64,000 nt of DNA, taken from assembly GCA_973895155.1 (NCBI GenBank), contig OZ316896.1, positions 3,634,738 to 3,698,737 of the forward strand, given 5' to 3'. The DNA comes from Marsupella aquatica (taxonomy: Eukaryota; Plantae; Marchantiophyta). The position numbers and the translations under genes were made by a program. The notes below the pieces were generated by a model. It had not been told where the DNA came from and ran no database searches. It saw only the letters and a list, made by a program, of their open reading frames with translations. Positions 25,413-36,850 of this stretch are shown piece by piece (position 1 is the stretch's first letter; each line of letters begins with the position of its first letter).

Positions 25413-25518
25413 AAATACTTCGAACAAACAGATTTGGTAGCAATGGCGTTCGATCTCTTTTCATCAGTAGTAGAAATCAGGGCGATGTCGCACCTCGCCG
25501 CCTTTGGGTGAGACCAGA

Positions 25519-28500
25519 ATGGCTGCCGCTCGCCGCCTGTCCTGTGCGAGCTGGAGATTTGCTGTTCTCGCATCATCTAGATTAGAAGCGAAATCCTCAG
25601 TTGTGCCATCTCAACTCTCTCTGTGTCAACATTTTGCTTTCTCTTGTTTTCCTGCGGATTCCCAGCGATGCCATCGTTCTGTGGAAGAGTTCGGTTTCGA
25701 AGATGGTGTCCGAGATTGTTGTGGGCCTGGATCGCCTGAAGTCGGTTTCGCCATCGCTAAGCGGAATGGGCTTTTTGTTGGTGCCGGATTGTATGGGAAT
25801 GCCGGAGTCTGCAGCGACAGATTTAATGATGGTGCTCGGCTGCCGGGGATCGTCTTCCAGACCAGAGGTCTCGCTGCGAAGGCCAAGAAAGCGAAGAGTA
25901 GTGCGTATTCCTACTCCAGTCTAATGTGCAGTAATATAATTGTACGTTTGTTTTGCATTGAAGCAGTCATACTTGAATCTTCAAGTCTGATGTTTACTCA
26001 GTATGGAATCGTCCGACCCTTCGTCTTCTGCGTTACGATCAACTTGTTATCCTTGAATCTTTATTAGTCACATGTTTGTTCCACGTGACTGAATCGGCTA
26101 GGACTGTAACCTCGTCCCGCTTCTTTCTTCAAGCTTGCTGTGCTATTTCGATTTGTTTGTGATTCATTGGGAATCAAGAATCGTTACTCGTGTAGAAGAG
26201 CCCTTTTCGTTTCATCTCAGCAGCTTTTTTCACCAGTAGAGAGGACGATGAAGATTGACTTTATGGGTCTCGTTCGACTGAGTGGCCTTGCTGACAAACT
26301 TGGCCTTGTTGACAACATGATGCTGATGTCCTCTGAATCCTAGTAGGCTCAAGCGTTTAACCTCCGTCGTAAGTCTGATGTGACTACTGTCCCTAGTTCC
26401 AGGCTCTTGACGGAGGTTGCCTTCTTTACATCCAACCTCAGTCGGCCTTTTTTCTTCCGGCTTTGTTCCAGTCTTGTTCCGGATTTGCTGGGTAGTGCCT
26501 GTGACCCGCTAACTGGTCTTGATGATCTTGATTTCTCGGTGCCTATGTGATGTTGAGCGGCCTTGACCAACTTGGCCTAATGATCTTATGTCCATGTCTT
26601 AAACTCAGACTTTCCATATTCTTTTATTCTATACACCACCTTGGATGGATGTAGCATCCCTCTTAGACTTTTAGCTATCGATGTGAAGTGATTCGGAGGA
26701 CGATGACGACAATCTGTAAGGTCTCGTTCGTCAGATGGGCTTAGCAGGCCGTGTTGACCATTTCAGATAGATCACCACCCATAATCTGATGTCCTCCGTG
26801 ATCACTTCCCCTAACTTCAACGTTAGGGTAACATTTCATGAGGTCTAGAAGGTCCGTAGTGGTTTTCCTCCCGTTCTTCTGTGGGTACGGCTAGTGCAAG
26901 TGGTGGGACGATGATGATTCAAAGGTTCGCTCGATAGAATGGCTAGTTACCATACTGATACACAACCTTAGAAATCTGATGTCTTCACCTGATGGCAGCT
27001 CATCAGAACTTTTTTACAATGAATGAGTTAGTTTTCTAAGTGCATTGGATTTGAATTTGGGTAGAAATTGGAAGTCCCTGCCGGTTGCGTTGCCCTCTTG
27101 CTGTCGTGGCTTGTTTTGTTAATTTGATTGGCCTGGCTGCCGACAGGCTCCTCGTAGTTGAGGATTTGCATCTTATCCTCTATGCAATTCAGCACTTCCT
27201 ACATTGAATTGGCATGTTCCAAGTAACTCTGCCAGGTTTCTCTGCGCTATCATTGCACAGTGAGAAGTATGATGAGTTGCACATTGTTGCGGGATTATGA
27301 GATACCCTAGTAGAAAATTCTGGTCGTCTGGTTTGGCTCAAATTGTTCACGGCAAGACCTGAGTGTCGAGTGTGAGCTCCACGAAAACTTTATCCAGTGA
27401 CATGGCTGTTGTTGTGTTTCTCTGGCCCCTTCGCGATTGTGTAATATTTCATATATCTATTTCTCACCGCACGTCAGGCTGGTAGGGTTTCTTGATGGAT
27501 TCTGGATAGGTTTTGAAGGAAAGGTTTTTTACAGATTGGCTTACTGCTCTCTGGTTATGGAAAATGTGTCAGAGGTTGAGCACTCCGATCAAACTGAGGA
27601 CGCTTCAGCGACGGCCAAGGCTAACGCAGTTAAGATGATGGAAACAGCTCTTGACGTGTTGTCTAGGGAGCACTCGAAGCTACGGACGGGCAGAGCATCA
27701 GCAGGTTTGTTCGAAATCATGGCCTGTCTCCATGTTCCTCTCTTGTCAGGGCCCTATCCGAAAATATCTTCAATGTATTTTGTAGACCTTGGAAAGATCG
27801 GATGAAACGCTGACTTGAACTTCCATCTTTGTGCAGGTATTTTAGACCACATCACTGTTGAGGCCCATGGAGTTCGGACTCCCTTGAATCATATTGCGGC
27901 TGTAACTGTTTCTGGGTTACAGACTTTGAACGTTTTGCCGTATGATGCATCTGTGAGTATCGTCATCCCAGGTTGCTCCGTATTCAGCTTTCTTTTCCTT
28001 CCGCTTCTTCGCTAGGATGCAAGTCAGTTCTTGAGAAGTGTTTGTCCTGCCGCAGATGGTCAAGGAAGTGGAGAAGGCTATCCTCAATTCCCCAATGGGC
28101 CTCAATCCCCAGGTGAACGGAACCACCATGACTGTGCCCTTGCCTCGGTAAGTCTTACTGCTAAACTTGGTACTCAGTTAGCCAGGATAACATATTTGCG
28201 CCTGCAGCTAATCTTCCATCCTCATCGTCGTTTTATCTCCAGTGAGGCCACGATTAGCAGAAATTTATCGCCTACTTAGCAACCATCGAGGGATATCTAC
28301 CCGCTGTGGTGTTTGGTCACCACATCTTGTGGCATGAATGTGACCAGTTGGCATATATGTTGATATATGTTGTTGAAATATGCAGATGTATTCTACAATT
28401 TACTTGTGGTGTGCTCTCCCTCTGTATTGCTTTTCGGTGTGAGCTTTGAGATTTAGACGACCATTGACAATGAGAGCTTTCAGAATGTGATGCGGTTTTG

Positions 28501-29048
28501 TTCTGGTGCCAGGGGCTTCTGACATGCTTGTGATTGGTGGATGGCGCATGATCCGGATGGGTTAATTTCTATCTGTCCTACTGGCCAGGCTTACGAAGGA
28601 ACATTGCGAGGTAAGTGATCTCAGATGGTTAGTATTTCCATCTTATTCGGATTTAGAGGCTGGATGGTGTATCATTCCATCATGTGTATTATGTGGATTC
28701 GTTTCTTACCAAGTGGCGTCTAACGTTAATGCAGACAATGTGTAAGCTAGTGAGTAAGGCAGGGGAGGCCGCGAAGTTGACCATTCGAAGGTCGCGAAAG
28801 GAGGTAGTCCAGGACCCCTTCTCTCGGCTTTCATCCGTTTGCATCAGTCTTGATATCTTTTGGGAAATCTATTCTTGGGATTAATCCAGTTCATGTCTGC
28901 TCAGGCCCTCGACACGGTGAAAAGCAGTGGAGATTTATCTAAAGACGAGATGAAGCGCTTTGAGAAAGAAGTAGAGGAGTTGACCAAGAAGTATACCAAA
29001 TCTATAGATGAGACGTGCAAGAACAAGGAGAAAGAAATCATGGCTTAA
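25519..29048 (+). CDS. RRF: Organellar ribosome recycling factor (probably mitochondrial), 7 exons
   Basis: Phase-consistent exons 25519-25900, 27573-27704, 27837-27952, 28056-28147, 28589-28610, 28735-28803, 28905-29048. They encode LRTGRASAGILDHITVEAHG, AILNSPMGLNPQ, PLPRLTKE, IRRSRKEA, LSKDEMKRFEKEVEELTKKY...KEKEIMA, after an Arg/Ser-rich presequence ending RGLAAKAKK. Confidence 0.92.
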
Positions 29049-30027
29049 CTCATTTACTGGAACCAATACGCCTCAATACTGGGGTGAGCTGTTTAATCAT
29101 ATCGGACCACGATCCAAGACTTACAAGGGTCTATTAAAGCCCACAAATTATCAGATGCTTTCCAATCTACCATACTGGAGATTAACTTTGAAATGACAGG
29201 AAATGGTTCCTCATTGCATGAGTGGACTTGTCCCTCATTCCCAGAAACTATCCTAATGGGCAATATCATGGAATATCACATCACTTTTCACTATTTGTTG
29301 GCTAATCAAGTGTGAAGATATGGCATTAGTGATGAAGATTGAAATGAGAAATGTGCTTAAATACAACCATGTACCACACTTGCTAAGGTACCTGTCAGAG
29401 TCATCAGTCTCAGACCTTAACAAGTCAGTATCTATCAGTCTCAGTTTCTGGGCTAATCTAGTCGGCTGGCAGAAATCCACGGATTGCAGAAAATATGGTG
29501 TCCAATCTAGTCGCCAGAGAAATCCACGGCTCGCAGAAGTTATGCTTTTAGTTGATGTGAAACTGGTGCCTCGCATCAGCAGCCCTCACTGTGACGAGCT
29601 TTCAATCATTTGGTTGCTGGTAACAGGCTTCATATTGCTCGCATCAATCATTAGTTAACAGGCTTCATATTGCTAGCAGCAATCATTAGTATGTACTCAT
29701 ATTTGCGCAAAGTTGAAACCATGATGACGACCACGATGACGTAATGTGAGGTAAACCGGAATAAAATTCGTGACACTTCGAACTTGAGACTACCATGCTA
29801 TCATCGAACTTGAGACTACCATGCTATCAAACAGTTGCTTGGCATGTAGAATCATTTTTTTAGGAATAGAAAACTCGAGCCCATGGTGAAAAGTTTTCAA
29901 ACCAGTGGCCACCGAAAATTATGTCGCAGGGCAAACGCCGCATTGTGGGGTTCATATATGACTGAATTAGTGAGTGATTCAGGAGCGGCCATCTGGCTGA
30001 ATCAAAATGATAGGAACCACTCTGTTT

Positions 30028-30528
30028 GACCCATAGATCTAGTCGATAGTCATTCAGTGAGTGCTAATTATTATCCATAGATGATGAGTTGCCAAGAGTT
30101 CATTGACAGCTCTATTTTGATCCATATATAATGAAAGGTCAATCATTAAAATCTATATTTTGATCAGTAGATGATGAGATGTCAATGAGTTAATCAAAAT
30201 GTAGATCTCAATGTTGATATGTTTCAATATCTATGGATCAAAATGCAGATGTCATCCATCGAGAGACGATTGTTATCCATAGATAATGAGACAATGTCAT
30301 CTATTGACATCTACATTTTGATCCATAAATAATGAGATGACAAAGAGTTCATTGACATTTACATTTTGATCAATCGACAATGAGATGCAGATGTTCAATG
30401 AGAACTGTCTTGATCGAACGGTGAGGAGATGACAAAGAGTTCATTGACATCTATGTTTTCATCCATAGATGATGAGATGGCAATGAGTTCATTGACATCT
30501 ACATTACTTATCAGTAAATGATGAGATA
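30028..30528 (+). repeat. ~45-bp minisatellite whose unit contains an internal palindrome
   Basis: Roughly ten degenerate units of TTGATCCATAGATGATGAGATGTCAATGAGTTCATTGACATCTACATT; one unit is inverted (~30215-30258). Confidence 0.85.
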
Positions 30529-30864
30529 TTTGGAAAAAAACTGGATTCTTTTAAGATGACCAGGAGCATTCCATACAATTAAAGACAGGCAGCTCTGTTT
30601 TAATTCCAACGATTTGCTTGTGATGCCATGCATTTCGACCCCAATTTCGTAGAGTAAAAATACAAACAACATTTCCATGTTGGGTACGATTACTTGACGT
30701 CACAGGTGCAAATGTGACTAGGTGCGAAACTGGCTACTCATACACAAAAACTAGGGAATAATTTTTGCTAAAAGCGACCGAGAAGACTGTTCAGTGAAGT
30801 GAAGTTTGTCAATATTTGACCACAAGCCAACGAACAGTTTTCAGTGAGGTGGAACAAATAGTTA

Positions 30865-31290
30865 TGGGCAGGGCACCGTGGGCAGGTAGCTAGGAATCCT
30901 GCCCGGACAAAAAATTATTATTATTTTTTTGTAGAAAAGAATACTTTACTTAGAAGACAAGTAAAACCCAGTAAATCCTGCCCGGACAAAATGATACTCA
31001 AAAAGTCAGTAGAGACCGCGTGGGCAGGATGGGCAGGAAGCCAGGAAACCTGCCCGGACAAAATCACACTCAATAAGTCAGTTGCACTCGCATGGGCCGG
31101 ATGGGCAGGACGGGCAGGACGGTCAGTATGCCAGCAAGTCTGCCCGGGAGAGAAAACAAAATCACACTCAATAAGTCAGTAGAGACCGGATGGGCAGGAT
31201 GGGCAGGATGGGCAGGACGGGCAGGATGCCAGGAAGTCTGCCCGGGAGAGAAGACACGCAAAAGGTTAGTATTGACCAGGTGCCTGCCCG
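30865..31290. repeat. GGGCAGG/CCTGCCC-rich tandem units (~70-95 bp), TE-subterminal-like
   Basis: AAAATCACACTCAATAAGTCAGT...(GGGCAGGAT)n...CTGCCCGG repeated 3-4 times. Confidence 0.75.
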
Positions 31291-31356
31291 AACACGAATC
31301 TTGACAATTGACCAGCTGGTGCCCGGGTTGCTGTCGTCGTGAGGAACCGGGCTGCC

Positions 31357-31476
31357 GGGCTGGGCTGGGCTGGGCTGGGCTGGGCTGGGCTGGGCTGGGC
31401 TGGGCTGGGCTGGATGGGGTCTGGATGGATGGGATGGGATGGGATGGGATGGGGATGGGATGGGGAGGGGATGGGA
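31357..31476 (+). repeat. (GGGCT)11 plus (GGGAT)n microsatellite, G-quadruplex-prone
   Basis: Perfect GGGCT array 31357-31411 followed by GGGAT units. Confidence 0.95.
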
Positions 31477-31739
31477 ATCAGAAAAGGGGCGGGGTTGGCT
31501 CGTTGCCAAAGAAGTGATGTGGATTGATTGCTCTCCATGCAGACTCTGATAAGAATAGGAACCCATGTTTAATAAGAACTATGTTTTATTAGAATGTCAC
31601 ATGTTTTTGGTCAAATATGATGACTTCTTACCTTTTTCGGATTAATAGTTATAATGTCACTTTGTTTTGTCACAGGTAATGTGACTTAACTGCGGTTAGA
31701 CACTAGAGTTTTTCGCGGCCCTGACAATTACTAGGGGGG

Positions 31740-34700
31740 TTCTGTGAGTCCATCAAAGCCTTTGTGTCTCCGGGGCCTTTCTTTTGGCATCCTTGAAAGT
31801 TCTTATCAAGGTTCTTGTTCTTTTTGGGGGGGCAGAGGCCCAAGGAACCATGCCATCGTTGGAGCCAGAAAATAATAGTATCTTGGTTCTAGTAAAGGGC
31901 TATTTGTGGTACAGTAACACAAACTGTACATTTTTACTGAAGCATGTTTCAGTGGCCCCTCACCATGTAACATGCTTTCTACAGAGTAAATGGTTTTATG
32001 CATTATTATTTTGAATAATTTCTGCACTCTTACCAACTTGACTGTTGTGACGATCTCTCTTGCACTTAGGCTTTGGTTTGGGAGTGCAAAAATTCTCTCT
32101 AGATCAAGATTCAGTGGCATATAAAACCCGTCCTTGTCAAACACTGGCCAGTTTAAAAACATCTGACATTAAACATTCCAGTTTAAGATGTCTTCCGAGA
32201 ATAGGTGGCAACACTTGTAAACCCACTGTGAGGAGGGTGGCGAGTGGGGCTTAGGACTCATGGGTGGTTTTGGGGGATTTTTGGATTTCTTCTCCACAAG
32301 TATATATTCTTTGCAAATAATTTCAGATCATCAGTATGAACATAATAAGGTATATAGTTCCCTGCCCCATAATGGGGTGTAGCCTCAAACTGAGGCACAT
32401 GCATGGAAGACGCTCTATGCTATTATGGGGCAGTATCAGTCCTTAAGTCTGAGGTAAGAGCCTTTTTGGTTTTGAAGCATTTATTTGATGTACTGCCCAA
32501 GGTACTGCCAACATAAAACGTGTTGCTTGATGGACTCCATGAGGTTTTATTAAGGGCAATCAACAGTCTAGATCACTCATGGGATTCATCAATTACACTT
32601 TTCATTTGGGGGCCCAAAAGCCAGGGTTTTGAAAGTCACAAATAGGTCAAGACAGAAACAGGAAAACTTATCCAAGACAAGCAAATACAATTGTCCTGCC
32701 ATCAGTAGAATCCTGATTGGTAACAGCATTGATAACTCACAAATAACAAAATAGCGGCAATTAAAAGTATGATAACACCCTGTCAAGAGGGTGTTCTGGC
32801 TTCTTATTGCCCAAGTCTCCAGCCCAAGGGATGATACTAAACCAGAACACCCAAAGTGACTGAAATATATCAAGGAGGTTCTGGCAAAGAAGTTAGTTCA
32901 GACCAATAAGAAACCCTACTCTTTTATGGCCAGGGTACTTGCGGTTAATCATATTATGATGGGCTCTCTTTGGTATACTCTTGCCCTCTGGTTTGGAAGG
33001 GATGCAGACTTACATGCTAACAAGATGGTCATGATTGAATTTTCTATGGGCTGGTCAAGGGATTTTGGCTTGCAATAGGACTAACTTCAACATCTTGTCT
33101 CTCCCTGAGAAGAGGGGGGGGGGGGGGGGGGGGGTTGGCCTTAGTTATCACTTTTGAACATCATGTGTGTGCCTGGCTGCCAGATTCATCATGTTGCGCT
33201 TTCAGAGGGTCAGCATCCTTTGCAAAAGCTTCTGTGATCTTGTTTCTTTGCCCTCTCACTTCATTGTTGGGGCATTGCGGATTGTTCTTGGATATTCAAT
33301 CGTTGCCAAACTCTGCCATCTCTCAGTAGGGTCGATATTTGGAGAATTATATGTCAATCTTGGAATAGGCTGAAGCTACATCTGGAATTCACTACTCTTG
33401 ATAACATTCAATTGAGCTTGAAAAATTCACTCTGATTACCTTAGATTAATCACCTGGAGTCTAAAGTGGTTGGATGCAAAACCAATCAACAAATAATAGT
33501 TGTTGGCAGGAATTGGCTGCAAAGTTGAAGCAGGATTTGGGCTACGATGGAGGTCTTTACTACTTAGTTGCAAATGCTTTATAGTCGACTACTGTCTCTT
33601 ATGAGCTTTTGATCCGCCATGAATTCTCTCTTGTTATCAATGGCCTTTGGGATTCACGTTCCTTTAATTTGTTGTTTTTCTGCTTTTTGTCTTTTTATGC
33701 AATTGGTTGCTCAGTTAGTTGGATCTTCACTGGCTTACAGTTGCTCAGATCTTTGCTTCTCGCTGGATCTCTTCCTCTTCCCTTGTCTGAGTTTGCCCTC
33801 ATTTTAGCAGTAGCTGCTTAGTTGGTCTCCTTGAGTGAGTCACTTGGATTCCCTTTCCTCGTAGTTAATTCTTGTTCCTCTTCCCTCTTGGGCAACTGTG
33901 TTTGGTATCGGTGTGGTTCCTGGCCTTCGTTCCTTTTTTGGTTAGACTGGCCTGTTACTCCCTGTTTTTATTGGGTTTTACTTTTCCCATGAGTAAAGTG
34001 CTCCATTCAAGAAAAACAAAAAACAGTGGCTGGGCGCTAACAACCTTAAACCTACATTCTCAAAAACTTACTTCCCCGCTTACTTCATGAGAGCAACAGT
34101 TTTACCTCCCCTACCAGGAATCCTCATAACACATTTACTAGCCTGCCTATGTGGTATGAAATGTTCACAGGACAAACCTCATTTCAGAGTACATGGGCCC
34201 CTAAAAAACTCTTGCAAAACTTTCTTTTTGCCTCTGGTTTTTGCCACGGTTCTTCTGAATATCAGTTTGCACACTGTTGCCTTTTTATTAAAAAAAAACA
34301 GTTCTGCATGAGATGTTTTACACCAAAACAAAAAAGGGCCCCTGAGTTGCTAGCTTGTATGAAGCAAACTGCAAATATGAAGAGAAAATGTCATTGGTTT
34401 AATTTAAGAGGTATAACCTCATGACATGGTATCTGGTGATTGGTTTGATCGTGTCAAATTCAACTATGGCAGGGCATTCAGGTTTACACAATAGGGCATC
34501 TCAAAGCTGGCAATTTGATGTACTTTAACTCCCTACCTCAATACCCTAGTTATGGGTTATGAACACAATAGGTTATGGACTACAGAATTCATAGTCCATA
34601 ACATTTTGCCATAAGGATTGGTCTTATGCCATAACCAGCGGCTGGTGAAAGGAAAAACAAAATAAACTCTTGCATAGTCTTGTGAAAAAGTTCTGCTGCT

Positions 34701-35930
34701 ATGATGGAGTGTGGACATGATATCAGTGGACAATGGTACTGATTTTTTCCATGCTTCTAATGCCAGATTATAGAGACTACTACGTAGTAAGATGACTGTG
34801 GAGTTGACTGGCATTAGGAAGTGGAGAATGGAATTGAGATTGGTTCCAACAGATAAGTTCATTTCAAGTAATGTTTGGAAACCATATCGGGAGGAAAAAT
34901 CCATTTCTTCATAAGGCTCTTAGCTCATCGATTGTTTGTCACAAAACATTACATTGGACAAAGATCTGTTAGAAGAGATGAACTCGGTGCCATTATCCCT
35001 TTTTCCAGATTGGATGCAGAATGGTGGCGTAGTCGATGTGTTTATAGTGCTCACGAAGATCTACTTCACTGTATTTGGAATTGCCCTGAATCTAGATGGA
35101 TTTGGCTCTGGATCAAAAAAGCTATGCAATGTGCTTCTGATCAGGGAAGACTGGTTCATTTTGAGGCAATACATGCCCGAATACACATTTTATTTGGAGC
35201 TCACTGTGTTGGAGTTCCTCGAAGTTTTCCCCTTAAACTTTGGAAATCTTACGAGGGATTACCATCTGGCAGATCGGGAAGGCTCGCTGTCGTCTGGAAA
35301 AGGAGAATGTATGTATTGCGATTGGGGGTCTTCAAATCATTATTTAGAAGGATCTTTGATTGAATATGAAGGCAGTCTGGAATCAGGGTCTCACTCGTAT
35401 TGCAGTGGTAGGAGGAAACCAACTTGATCTGATTGGTAGGATGTGCCATGACTTTGGTAGAGAAGGAGGGTTGTATAGAATCAAGGATGGCATGTTCATT
35501 GTTGATTATACACCACTCTGGACTTTTGACCCTCCTTGAGGTGATCAATAGAAACTGGCCTTGGATCACTGTTTGTTTTGTTGGTGAGACTTGGTGAATA
35601 GTAGGTTAGTCTCTTTTTATTGTGTTCACAGATGGGTAATCCACATTGGATTTTTGCCTTAGAGACAGTAGCACAGTTTTCAGTGTTTACTAGTCTCTCT
35701 CTCTCTGTTCTTTGGGGCTGAGTCGCCCTTGGATTTGGGTTTTGTTCCTTTTGCTTTTCATTTAGGTGTGGGTGACATGTTGTCACGTTTCTACGGTTAG
35801 ATCCTGTTTTGGCCCTTGTCCTCGGGATTGAAAGCCTTTGATCTCCGGGTGATGTTTTGGTCCTTGATCTTTGTTTTGATCTGGCCATCTTTTACTCTAT
35901 CTTTTTACTGATTTTAATTTTTCATATAAG
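31740..35930 (+). mobile_element. Decayed L1-like LINE (ORF2 RT-distal region and zf-RVT)
   Basis: KKLVQTNKKPYSFMARVLAVNHIMMGSLWY (~32887) resembles LSLAGRVLLINSVL; ILSLPEKRGG (~33090) resembles LPKEEGGLG; CVYSAHEDLLHCIWNCPESRWIW (~35037) is a zf-RVT motif. Many stops and frameshifts; ends approximate. Confidence 0.7.
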
Positions 35931-36529
35931 TAAATACATTTCAAGATTTAAAAAGAAGAAGTATAAGTACTGACTTATTCTTTCTGACCAAAAGTCATCA
36001 TCACTAATTTTCCAAGCTTTGAAACTCCGTAATAAATAAATAATTTTGACTAAATGAGTTGCTGGGACAAATTTGTAGGTAGAGTTTTTGTGGAAAAAGT
36101 CATATTGCATATTGCACGAATACTCTAGGCACTGGGCAGTCAATGTCGAACAATAAATAAAAATTTATTAACTAACTGAGTCACTTTGTAGGTAGAATTT
36201 CTACGGAAAACATTATACTGCATATTTCAGGAATACTCTAGGCATTGTATGTAAAACACTGATAAAGCAATGTCTTTGCTCACCCTGATTGATACTTTTT
36301 TAGAAGAAATTAGAAGATTTATTTATACCTTGCGCTATAATTTGAGAAAAAACAGTTTAAAGTTGTCGCGCAGTGCATGCCCGAAATCGTCCCTACGGTA
36401 GGCCCCTTAATAATCGAACCTCTTGTCACTGGAGGGAATTCGGTACTTCCTACACGTGTATGTCAGCTAAGGACTACCCCGTGGCATAATTATGTCAACC
36501 ATTCCAGATGACCTCATCATATCAGCCCT

Positions 36530-36850
36530 CGATGCCCAGTTGCCCACCTGCCCGAATGCTGTTTTCGCCCCTCTGCCCGAAGATGGACCCACCTGCCCGG
36601 ATTTTGGCTTTTCCAGCAGACGGACCCATCTGCCCTGTTATTGTTTTTCTTCCCTCTGCCCAAAGTCGACCCGCCTGCCCGGCTGCTGTTTTTCTTCCCT
36701 CTGCCCGCAAATTGACCCATCTACCCGGTTATTGTTTTCTCGATGTGCCCGCGGGCGGACCCACCTGCCCGGCAGCACGGTCCTTTCCTCCCATGCATGC
36801 ATGCACGAAGGACCGGATTCCCGCATGGACGCTGCCCCCACTGCCCCGGG
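36530..36850. repeat. CTGCCC-rich ~45-bp tandem units
   Basis: GACCCACCTGCCCGG...TGTTTTTCTTCCCTCTGCCC repeated about 5 times. Confidence 0.75.

Noticed and set aside
26688-26716. Possible extra RRF micro-exon (DSEDDDDN followed by GTAAG)
   Set aside because: Phase is incompatible with flanking exons; exon 1 splices in frame directly to 27573.
30028-30528. CRISPR-like array of palindromic repeats
   Set aside because: No unique spacers, units are degenerate and abut each other, no cas genes, eukaryotic context.
31168-31566. ORFs with PSPAQ / WAGLG repeats
   Set aside because: Translations of the (GGGCT)n microsatellite.
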